This document shows, piece by piece, positions 8,431-20,400 of a DNA stretch of 64,000 nucleotides; position 1 is the first letter of the stretch; the number at the start of each line of letters is the position of its first letter. The DNA is from Squalus acanthias (taxonomy: Eukaryota): the NCBI GenBank assembly GCA_030390025.1, contig JASTWF010000080.1, forward strand, positions 62,001-126,000, written 5' to 3'. The position numbers and the translations under genes are program-made. Below the pieces are notes generated by a model. It ran no database searches. It was not told the origin of the DNA and saw only the letters and a program-made list of their open reading frames with translations.

Positions 8431-11400
8431 CTGAAACACATTTGAATAATATCAGGATAGTCTCTCTGTTCCCGGATCTATTCCCAGTTCTGTGTCGACG
8501 GAGGGACAATTTTAACCTCACCCGCCCATCGGGAATCTGAGGGATCGGGTCCAACGCTGGTTTTACTCTCGCCTGATCTCACTCTCCATTGGAGTCAATA
8601 AAGAGTCTCATTGATGGTGGTGTTGGACCAGCGTTGCCCCGATCTCCGGGGTTACCTGCCCGGCGAGCTCGGTTCAATTTACCCCCCATGTCTCTGTGTC
8701 CTGTCCTGGGTCCATCCCCAGGGTCACATTGTACGCCCCAGGAGTCAGCATCATTGACGGATTTCGCATCAAACTTCAAAGGGATGGGGAATAAATTGAC
8801 TGCAGCAAACTGGGCTGAGCTGGTAATGAGTAAAGCTACAGATAAACAGTGGGAACGCTTCAAAAAAGTACCGGGTACAATCCAACACCAGGACTTTCCC
8901 CGACAACGCAAAGACTCCACTTCTGTAGTTAGGCAACCATGGTCGACAAATGAAAGAAGTGAGAGTATCCAGGTAAAGGGAAAGGCTGACACAGTGACCA
9001 GAGATTGAGATACAGAGCACTTAGACAAGTATCGGCTGAACAGAGAGTCAGCATGGATTTGTGAAGGGTAGGTCCTGTCTGACTAATCTAATTGAATTTT
9101 ATGAGGAGGTCACTAACATGGTGGATAAGGGAGTGTCGGTGGATGTTGTGTATATGGACTACCAGAAGGCATTTGATAAGGTTCCTCACATGAGATTATT
9201 AGCAGAAATAAAAGCTTACAGAATTGGAGCTAATCTTGTGACATGGGTTGAAAATTGGCTGGGAGGAAGGAGGCAGAGAATCGGGATAAAGGGAATGTGC
9301 TCCGATTGGCAGGATGTTCCGAGTGGTGTTCCCCAGGGATCTGTACTGAGGCCTCAGCTTTTCACCATATATATCAATGACTTGGATGAAGGAACAGGGA
9401 GTTGTATATCCAAGTTTGCAGATGGCACTAAGTTAGGAGGCACAGTAAAGGGACATTGACAGATTAAATGACTCAACCGCATCTGCCACAGTTTTGCCCA
9501 AGGTGGGGAAGTGTGAGATCATCCATGCGAGATCTGAGAAAGACAGATTGGAATATTGTCTCAATGGTGACAGACCAGGAGCTGTAAAGGAGCAAAGAGA
9601 TTTGGGTGTCCATGTCCACAAATCACTAAAAGCTCGTGCCAGGGTTAAATAAAGCAATCAAAAAGGCTAACAGAATGTTGGCCTTTATCTCAAGAGGGTG
9701 AGAATAGAAAGTGGGGAAATTATGCTTCAGTTGTACAGACCCTTGGTCAGACTCCATCTGGCGTATTACATTCAGTTCTTGGCACCAAACCTCACGTAAG
9801 ATATATTGGCCTTGGAGTGGGTACAGAGCAGATTCACCAGAATGATACCAGCTCAGAGGGTTAAATTTTGAGGACAAAGTTGGCTTGTATTGCGCTGAGC
9901 GTAGAAGGGTGAAGGGTGATCACATTGAGGTGTTTAAAATGATAAAGGGATTCGATAGGGTAGATACAGAGAAACTATTTTCACTGGTGGTGAATCCGGA
10001 ACAAAAGAGCATAATCTTAAAATTGGAGCCAGGACAGTTAGAGTGAAATCAGAAAGCACTTCTTCACACAAAGGGCAGTGGAAATCTGGAACTCTCTCCC
10101 CCAAAAGTCTGTGGGTTCAATTGAAATTTTTATGACTGAGATCGAGTGATTTTTGTTGGGTTAGGGAATCAAGGGATGTAGAGCAATGGTGGCTAAATGG
10201 AGTTGAGGTACTGATCAGTCATGATCTCATTGAATGGTGGAACAGACTCAAGGGGCCGAATGTCCTACTCCTGTTCCTATGTTCCATACATGCTCACAGA
10301 GACACGCACACATCCAGTGCAGTTCCTTACCCCACCGATAGACCTTTGCCTCTGCCAGGCTGCTGTGTTCAATTTGACAGGAGTATTGATCCTCATCCCC
10401 AGCATTCACTTCAATCTCTTTCTTGATCTGATGGGTCCCATTGTGGTTCGGTCGAACCCCCGAGGAGTGGCTCTCAGACATTGGCTCTCCATTCCTTAGC
10501 CAGGTCACCTCGATGTCTACAGGGTAAAATCCAGTAACCAGGCAGGAGAGAGTAGGCAGTTTGTACTGACTATTGGGGTCACTTCTGGAGATGAACACTT
10601 CGGGCTGAACTGAAAGGGGAAAGGGAGAAAACACAAACAGCAGACTGACACCGAATGGAATGGGAGAACGGTTTCATAGATCTGTGAAGTTAGATCAGAA
10701 CATGGGAAAAAACTGAAATCAATACCTTTCCTTTCAAAATATTCCTTTCCAGCTCGCAAATATAAATGTAAATACTCAACAAATCCTTCTTCCAGATGTG
10801 TTTTCCAATACTTGTTCCAGGATTCATCCGAATTCCATTTTTCCTTAGTCTTCACTGCATAGTGATTGGATGCGACCCATCTCATTCTGTCTGGCTCTAA
10901 ACTAAGATAGTCCTTTCCGTCATATCCAACACGCATCGATCTCTTAACGGAGCCGTCGTCAGTTATTTCAGCAATTGAAATCCATTGAAAAATGTGAACT
11001 CCTGTCAGTGACCAAACAGGGATCAATAATCAATAATCAATAGTTCATAGAAAATCACAAATCAGTCTGATCAGAGGGGAAAGGGGCTGCAGAATCAGAT
11101 AGAAATGGGGGGTTAGAGTCACAGTCTGATCAGAGGGGAAAGGGACTGTAGTATCAGGGGGAAATGGGGGGTTAGAGTCACAGTCTGATCAGTGGGGAAA
11201 GGGACTGCAGAATCAGGTTTAATATCAGAAGGATTTCCCAGTGGAAGGTGATTCTTGGACTTTTAGCGGCGAGTTCACAGACCAGCCTGAACCGTCCTGT
11301 TAATGGGCAGTGTTTGAACTGAATGATTATTGGGAATTGGGCAGACATCCATTATGGTACCCAACCACGAGAGTTGAATCCCTCGAGTGTATGCAAAGGG

Positions 11401-14400
11401 GTTAATTCCCAGCACGGAAACGAAAGGGGTTACTTCACGGATTGTCCCACGGATCAGTGTTGGGAGATGGGCTGAGTGGAGTGTCCCAGGGATCAGTGCT
11501 GGGAGATGGGCTGAGTGGAGTGTCCCAGGGATCAGTGTCGGAGATGGACTGAGTGGAGTGTCCCAGGGGTCAGTGCTGGGGACTGAGTGGAGTGTCCCAG
11601 GGATCAGTGCTGGGAGATGGGCTGAGTGGAGTGTCCCAGGGATCAGTGCTGGGAGATGGGCTGAGTGGAGTGTCCCAGGGATCAGTGCTGGGAGATGGGC
11701 TGAGTGGAGTGTCCCAGGGATCAGTGCTGGGAGATGGACTGAGTGGAGTGTCCCAGGGATCAGTGCTGGGAGATGGGCTGAGTGGAGTGTCCCAAGGATC
11801 AGTGCTGGGAGATGGGCTGAGTGGAGTGTACAAGGGGTCAGTGCTGGGAGCTGGGCTGAGTGGAGTGTCCCAAGGATCTGTGCTGGGAACTGGGCTGAGT
11901 GGAGTGTCCCAGGGGTCAGTGCTGGGAGATGGACTGAGTGGAGTGTCCCAGGGATCAGTGCTGGGAGATGGGCTGAGTGGAGTGTCCCAGGGATCAGTGG
12001 TGGGAGATGGGCTGAGTGGAGTGTCCCAGGGATCAGTACTGGGAGATGGACTGAGTGGAGTGTCCCAGGGGTCAGTGCTGGGAGATGGACTGAGTGGAGT
12101 GTCCCAGGGGTCAGTGCTGGGAGATGGACTGAGTGGAGTGTCCCAGGGGGTCAATGCTGGGGACTGAGTGGAGTGTCCCAGGGATCAGTGCTGGGAGATG
12201 GACTGAGTGGAGTGTCCCAGGGATCAGTGCTGGGAGATGGGCTGAGTGCAGTGTCCCAGGGATCAGTGCTGGGAGATGGACAGAGTGGAATGTCCAAAGG
12301 ATCAGTGCTGGGAGATGGGCTGAGTGGAGTGTCCCAGGGATCAGTGCTGGGGACTGAGTGGAGTGTCCGAGGGATCAGTGCTGGGAGATGGGCTGAGTGG
12401 AGTGTCCCAGGGATCAGTGCTGGGAGATGGGCTGAGTGGAGTGTCCCAGGGATCAGTGCTGGGAGATGGGCTGAGTGCAGTGTCCCAGGGATCAGTGCTG
12501 GGGACTGAGTGGAGTGTCCAAGGGATCAGTGCTGGGAGATGGGCTGAGTGGAGTGTCCCAGGGATCAGTGCTGGGAGATGGGCTGAGTGGAGTGTCCCAG
12601 GGATCAGTGCTGGGAGATGGGCTGAGTGGAGTGTCCCAGGGTTCAGTGCTGGGAGATAGGCTGAGTGGAGTGTCCCAGGGATCAGTGCTGGGAGATGGAC
12701 TGAGTGGAGTGTCCCAGGGGTCAGTGCTGGGAGATGGACTGAGTGGAGTGTCCCAGGGATCAGTGCTGGGAGATGGGCTGAGTGGAGTGTCCCAGGGGTC
12801 AGTGCTGGGAGATGGGCTGAGTGGAGTGTCCCAGGGTCAGTGCTGGGAGATGGGCTGAGTGGAGTGTCCCAGGGTTCAGTGCTATGGACTGAGTGGAGTG
12901 TCCCAAATATCAGTGCTATGGACTGAGTGGAGTTTCCCAGGGATCAGTGCTATGGACTGAGTGGAGTGTCCCAGGGATCAGTGCTATGGACTGAGTGGAG
13001 TTTCCCAGGGATCAGTGCTATGGACTGAGTGGAGTTTCCCAGGGATCAGTGCTGGGAGATGAACTGAGTGGAGTGTCCCAGGGGTCAGTGCTGTGAGATG
13101 AACTGCGTGGAGTGTCCCAGGGGTCAGTGATGTGAGATGAACTGAGTGGAGTGTCCCAGGGATCAGTGCTGGGAGATGGGCTGAGTGGAGTGTCCCAGGG
13201 ATCAGTGCTGGGAGATGGGCGGAGTGGAGTGTCCCAGGGATCAGTGCTGGGAGATGGGCTGAGTGGAGTGTCCCAGGGATCAGTGCTGGGAGATGGGCGG
13301 AGTGGAGTGTCCCAGGGGTCAGTGCTGGGAGATGGGCTGAGTGGAGTGTCCCAGGGATCAGTGCAGGGGAATGAGTGAAGTGTCCCAGGGATCAGTGCTG
13401 GGAGATGGGCTGAGTGGAGTGTCCCAGGGATCAGTGCTGGGAGATGGGCTGAGTGGAGTGTCCCAGGGATCAGTGCTGGGGACTGAGTGGATTGTCCCAG
13501 GGGTCAGTGCTGAGAAATGGGCTGAGTGGAGTGTCCCAGGGATCAGTGCTGGGAGATGGGCTGAGTGGAGTGTCCCAGGAATCAGTGCTGGGAGATGGGC
13601 TGAGTGGAGTGTCCCAGGGGTCAGTGCTGGGAGATGGGCTAAGTGGAGTGTCCCAGGAATCAGTGTTGGGAGATGGGCTGAGTGGAGTGTCCCAGGGATC
13701 AGTGCTGGGAGATGGGCTGAGTGGAGTGTCCCAGGGATCAGTGCTGGGAGATGGGCGGAGTGGATTGTCCCAGGGATCAGTGCTGAGAGATGGACTGAGT
13801 GGAGTGTCCCAGGGATCAGTGCTGGGAGATGGGCTGAGTGGAGTGTCCCAGGGATCAGTGCTGGGAGATGGACTGAGTGGAGTGTCCCAGGGATCAGTGC
13901 TCGAGATGGACAGAGTGGATTGTCCCACGGATCAGTGCTGGGAGATGGGCTGAGTGGAGTGTCCCAGGGATCAGTGCTGGGGACTGAGTGGAGTGTCCCG
14001 GGGATCAGTGCTGGGGGCTGAGTGGAGTGTCCCAGGGGTCAGTGCTGGGAGATGGGCTGAGTGGAGTGTCCCAGGGATCAGTGCTGGGAGATGGGCTGAG
14101 TGGAGTGTCCCAGGGATCAGTGCTGGGAGATGGACTGAGTGGAGTTTCCCAGGGATCAGTGCTATGGACTGAGTGGAGTGTCCCAGGGATCAGTGCTATG
14201 GACTGAGTGGAGTTTCCCAGGGATCAGTGCTATGGACTGTGTGGAGTTTCCCAGGGATCAGTGCTGGGAGATGAACTGAGTGGAGTGTCCCAGGGGTCAG
14301 TGCTGTGAGATGAACTGCGTGGAGTGTCCCAGGGGTCAGTGCTGTGAGATGAACTGAGTGGAGTGTCCCAGGGATCAGTGCTGGGAGATGGGCTGAATGG

Positions 14401-17400
14401 AGTGTCCCAGGGGTCAGTGCTGTGAGATGAACTGCGTGGAGTGTCCCAGGGATCAGTGCTGGGAGATGAACTGAGTGGAGTGTCCCAGGGATCAGTGCTG
14501 GGAGATGGGCTGAATGGAGTGTCCCAGGGGTCAGTGCTGGGAGATGGGCTGAGTGGAGTGGCCCAGGGATCAGTGCTGGGAGATGGGCGGAGTGGAGTGT
14601 CCCAGGGATCAGTGCTGGGAGATGGGCTGAGTGGAGTGTCCCAGGGATCAGTGCTGGGAGATGGGCGGAGTGGAGTGTCCCAGGGGTCAGTGCTGGGAGA
14701 TGGGCTGAGTGGAGTGTCCCAGGGATCAGTGCTGGGGACTGAGTGGATTGTCCCAGGGGTCAGTGCTGAGAAATGGGCTGAGTGGAGTGTCCCAGGGATC
14801 AGTGCTGGGGGATAGGCTGAGTGGAGTGTCCCAGGGATCAGTGCTGGGGGATGGGCTGAGTGGAGTGTCCCAGGGATCAGTGCTGGGAGATGGGCTGAGT
14901 GGAGTGTCCCAGGGTTCAGTGCTATGGACTGAGTGGAGTGTCCCAAATATCAGTGCTATGGACTGAGTGGAGTGTCCCAGGGATCAGTGCTATGGACTGA
15001 GTGGAGTTTCCCAGGGATCAGTGCTGGGAGATGAACTGAGTGGAGTTTCCCAGGGATCAGTGCTGGGAGATGAACTGAGTGGAGTGTCCCAGGGGTCAGT
15101 GCTGTGAGATGAACTGCGTGGAGTGTCCCAGGGGTCAGTGCTGTGAGATGAACTGAGTGGAGTGTCCCAGGGATCAGTGCTGTGAGATGAACTGAGTGGA
15201 GTGTCCCAGGGATCAGTGCTGGGAGATGAACTGAGTGGAGTGTCCCAGGGATCAGTGCTGGGAGATGGGCTGAATGGAGTGTCCCAGGGGTCACTGCTGG
15301 GAGATGGGCTGAGTGGAGTGTCCCAGGGATCAGTGCTGGGAGATGGGCTGAGTGGAGTGTCCCAGGGATCAGTGCAGGGGAATGAGTGGAGTGTCCCAGG
15401 GATCAGTGCTGGGAGATGGGCGGAGTGGAGTGTCCCAGGGGTCAGTGCTGGGAGATGGGCTGAGTGGAGTGTCCCAGGGATCAGTGCTGGGGACTGAGTG
15501 GATTGTCCCAGGGGTCAGTGCTGAGAAATGGGCTGAGTGGAGTGTCCTAGGGGTCAGTGCTGGGAGATGGACTGAGTGGAGTGTCCCAGGGATCAGTGCT
15601 GGGAGATGGGCTGAGTGGAGTGTCCCAGGGATCAGTGCTGGGAGCTGGGCTGAGTGGAGTGTCCCAGGGATCAGTGCTGGGAGATGGGCTGAGTGGAGTG
15701 TCCCAGGGATCAGTGCTGGGAGATGGGTTGATTGGAGTGTCCCAGGGATCAGTGCTGGGAGATGGGCTGAGTGGAGTGTCCCAGGGATCAGTGCTGGGAG
15801 ATGGGCTGAGTGGAGTGTCCCAGGGATCAGTGCTGGGACATGGACTGAGTGGAGTGTCCCAGGGGGTCAGTGCTGGGAGATGGACTGAGTGGAGTGTCCC
15901 AGGGATCAGTGCTGGGAGATGGACTGAGTGGAGTGTCCCAGGGATCAGTGCTGGGAGATGGGTTGATTGGAGTGTCCCAGGGATCAGTGCTGGGAGATGG
16001 GCTCAGTGGAGTGTCCCAGGGATCAGTGCTGGGAGATGGGCTGAGTGGAGTGTCCCAGGGATCAGTGCTGGGAGATGGGCTGAGTGGAGTGTCCCAGGGA
16101 TCAGTGCTGGGAGATGGGCTGAGTGGAGTGTCCCAGGGATCAGTGCTGGGAGATGGACTGAGTGGAGTGTCCCAGGGATCAGTGCTGGGAGATGGGCTGA
16201 GTGGAGTGTCCCAGGGGTCAGTGCTGGGGCCTGAGTGGAATGTCCCAGGGAGCAGTGCTGGGAGATGGGCTGAGTGGAGTGTCTCAGGGATCAGTGCTGG
16301 GAGATGGGCTGAGTGGATTGTCCCAGGGGTCAGTGCTGGGAGATGGGTTGAGTGGATTGTCCCAGGGATCAGTGCTGGGAGATGGGTTGATTGGAGTGTC
16401 CCAGGGATCAGTGCTGGGAGATGAGCTGAGTGGAGTGTCCCAGGGATCAGTGCTGGGAGATGGGCTGAGTGGAGTCTCCCAGCGGTCAGTGCTGGGAGAT
16501 GGGCTCAGTGGAGTGTCCCAGGGGTTAGTGCTGGGGACTGAGTGAATTGTCCCAGGGATCAGTGCTGGGAGATGGGCTGAGTGGAGTGTCCCAGAGTTCA
16601 GTGCTGGGGACTGAGTGGAGTGTCCCAGGGATCAGTGCTGGGAGATCGGTTGATTGGAGTGTCCGAGGGATCAGTGCTGGGAGATGGGCTGAGTGGAGTG
16701 TCCCAGGGATCAGTGCTGGGGGATGGGCTGAGTGGAGTGTCCCAGGGATCAGTGCTGGGGACTGAGTGGATTGTCCCAGGGGTCAGTGCTGAGAAATGGG
16801 CTGAGTGGAGTGTCCCAGGGATCAGTGCTGGGGGATAGGCTGAGTGGAGTGTCCCAGGGATCAGTGCTGGGGGATGGGCTGAGTGGAGTGTCCCAGGGAT
16901 CAGTGCTGGGAGATGGGCTGAGTGGAGTGTCCCAGGGTTCAGTGCTATGGACTGAGTGGAGTGTCCCAAATATCAGTGCTATGGACTGAGTGGAGTGTCC
17001 CAGGGATCAGTGCTATGGACTGAGTGGAGTTTCCCAGGGATCAGTGCTATGGACTGAGTGGAGTTTCCCAGGGATCAGTGCTGGGAGATGAACTGAGTGG
17101 AGTGTCCCAGGGGTCAGTGCTGTGAGATGAACTGCGTGGAGTGTCCCAGGGGTCAGTGCTGTGAGATGAACTGAGTGGAGTGTCCCAGGGATCAGTGCTG
17201 TGAGATGAACTGAGTGGAGTGTCCCAGGGATCAGTGCTGGGAGATGAACTGAGTGGAGTGTCCCAGGGATCAGTGCTGGGAGATGGGCTGAATGGAGTGT
17301 CCCAGGGGTCAGTGCTGGGAGATGGGCTGAGTGGAGTGTCCCAGGGATCAGTGCTGGGAGATGGACTGAGTGGAGTGTCCCGGGGATCAGTGGTGGGAGA

Positions 17401-20400
17401 TGGGCTGAGTGGAGTGTCCCAGGGGTCAGTGCTGGGAGCTGGGCTGAGTGAAGTGTCCCAAGGATCTGTGCTGGGAACTGGGCTGAGTGGAGTGTCCCAG
17501 GGATCAGTGCTGGGAGACGGGCAGAGTGGAGTGTCCCAGGGATCAGTGCTGGGAGATGGACTGAGTGGAGAGTCCCAGGGTCAGTGCTGGGAGATGGGCT
17601 TAGTGGAGTGTCCCAGGGATCAGTGCTGGGAGATGGGCTGAGTGGAGTGTCCCAGGGATCAGTGCTGGGAGATGGGCTGAGTGGAGTGTCCCAGGGATCA
17701 GTGCTGGGAGATGGACTGAGTGGAGTGTCCCAGGGATCAGTGCTGGGAGATGGGCTGAGTGGAGTGTCCCAGGGATCAGTGCTGGGAGATGGGCTGAGTG
17801 GAGTGTCCCAGGGATCAGTGCTGGGAGATGGGCTGAGTGGAGTGTCCCAGGGATCAGTGCTGGGAGATGGGCTGAGTGGAGTGTCCCAGGGATCAGTGCT
17901 GGGAGATGGACTGAGTGGAGTGTCCCAGGGATCAGTGCTGGGAGATGGGCTGAGTGGAGTGTCCCAAGGATCAGTGCTGGGAGATGGGCTGAGTGGAGTG
18001 TACAAGGGGTCAGTGCTGGGAGCTGGGCTGAGTGGAGTGTCCCAAGGATCTGTGCTGGGAACTGGGCTGAGTGGAGTGTCCCAGGGGTCAGTGCTGGGAG
18101 ATGGACTGAGTGGAGTGTCCCAGGGATCAGTGCTGGGAGATGGGCTGAGTGGAGTGTCCCAGGGATCAGTGGTGGGAGATGGGCTGAGTGGAGTGTCCCA
18201 GGGATCAGTACTGGGAGATGGACTGAGTGGAGTGTCCCAGGGATCAGTGGTGGGAGATGGGCTGAGTGGAGTGTCCCAGGGATCAGTGCTGGGAGATGGG
18301 CTGAGTGGAGTGTCCCAGGGGTCAGTGCTGGGAGATGGGCTGAGTGGAGTGTCCCAGGGATCAGTGCTGGGAGATGGGCTGAGTGGAGTGTCGCAGGGAG
18401 CAGGGCTGGGAACTGGGTTGAGTGGAGTGTCCCAGGGGTCAGTGCTGGGAACTGGGCTGAGTGGAGTGTCCCAGGGATCAGTGCTGGGGCCTGAGTGGAG
18501 TGTCCCAGGGATCAGTGCTGGGAGACGGGTTGAGTGGAGTGTCCCAGGGATCAGTGCTGGGAGACGGGTTGAGTGGAGTGCCCCAGGGGTCAGTGCTGGG
18601 AGATGGGCTGAGTGGAGTGTCCCAGGGATCAGTGCTGGGTGATGGACTGAGTGGAGTGTCCCAGGGATCAGTGCTCGGAGCTGGGCTGAGTGGAGTGTCC
18701 CAGGAATCAGTGCTGGGAGATGGGCTAATGGAGTGTCCCAGGGATCAGTGCTGGTAGATGGGCTGAGTGGAGTGTCCCAGGGAGCAGGGCTGGGAGATGG
18801 GTTGAGTGGAGTGTCCCAGGGATCAGTGCTGGGAGATGGGCTGAGTGGAGTGTCCCAGGGATCAGTGCTGGGAGATCGGTTGATTGGAGTGTCCGAGGGA
18901 TCAGTGCTGGGGCCTGAGTTGAGTGTCCCAGGGATCAGTGCTGGGAGATGGGCTGAGTGGAGTGTCCCAGCGGTCAGTGCTGCGAGATGGACTGAGTGGA
19001 GTGTCCCAGGGGTCAGTGCTGGGAGATGGATTGAGTGGAGTGTCCCAGGGATCAATGCTGGGGGCTGAGTGGAGTGTCCCAGGGGTCAGTGCTGGGAGAT
19101 GGGCTGAGTGGAGTGTCCCAGGGATCAGTGCTGGGAGATGGGCTGAGTGGAGTGTCCCAGGGATCAGTGCTGGGAGATGGGCTGAGTGGAGTGTCCCGGG
19201 GGTCAGTGCTGGGAGATGGGCTGAGTGGAGTGTCCCAGGGATCAGTGCTGGGAGACGGGTTGAGTGGAGTGTCCCAGGGATCAGTGCTGGGAGATGGGCT
19301 GAGTGGAGTGTCCCAGGGATCAGTGCTGGGAGATGGGCTGAGTGGAGTGTCCCAGGGATCAGTGCTGGGAGATGGACTGAGTGGAGTGTCCCAGGGATCA
19401 GTGCTGGGAGATGGGCTGAGTGGAGTGTCCCAAGGATCAGTGCTGGGAGATGGGCTGAGTGGAGTGTACAAGGGGTCAGTGCTGGGAGCTGGGCTGAGTG
19501 GAGTGTCCCAAGGATCTGTGCTGGGAACTGGGCTGAGTGGAGTGTCCCAGGGGTCAGTGCTGGGAGATGGACTGAGTGGAGTGTCCCAGGGATCAGTGCT
19601 GGGAGATGGGCTGAGTGGAGTGTCCCAGGGATCAGTGGTGGGAGATGGGCTGAGTGGAGTGTCCCAGGGATCAGTACTGGGAGATGGACTGAGTGGAGTG
19701 TCCCAGGGATCAGTGGTGGGAGATGGGCTGAGTGGAGTGTCCCAGGGATCAGTGCTGGGAGATGGGCTGAGTGGAGTGTCCCAGGGGTCAGTGCTGGGAG
19801 ATGGGCTGAGTGGAGTGTCCCAGGGATCAGTGCTGGGAGATGGGCTGAGTGGAGTGTCGCAGGGAGCAGGGCTGGGAACTGGGTTGAGTGGAGTGTCCCA
19901 GGGGTCAGTGCTGGGAGATGGGCTGAGTGGAGTGTCCCAGGGGTCAGTGCTGGGAGATGGTCTGAGTGGAGTGTCCCAGGGATCAGTGCTGGGAGATGGG
20001 CAGAGTGGAGTGTCCCAGGGATCAGTGCTGGGGCCTGAGTGGAGTGTCCCAGGGATCAGTGCTGGGAGACGGGTTGAGTGGAGTGCCCCAGGGGTCAGTG
20101 CTGGGAGATGGGCTGAGTGGAGTGTCCCAGGGATCAGTGCTGGGTGATGGACTGAGTGGAGTGTCCCAGGGATCAGTGCTCGGAGCTGGGCTGAGTGGAG
20201 TGTCCCAGGAATCAGTGCTGGGAGATGGGCTAATGGAGTGTCCCAGGGATCAGTACTGGGAGATGGGCTGAGTGGAGTGTCGCAGGGGTCAGTGCTGGGA
20301 GATGGGCTGAGTGGAGTGTCCCAGGGATCAGTGCTGGGAGATGGGCTGAGTGGAGTGTCCCAGGGATCACTGCTGGGAGATGAGCTGAGTGGAGTGTCCC

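Noticed and set aside
8431-9028. ORF 8579-9028 and the 5' part of ORF 8219-8554 as an extra stalk exon
   Set aside because: Partly antisense CR1 sequence, frameshifted in the paralogs; alpha3 splices in phase directly to the acceptor at 8430.
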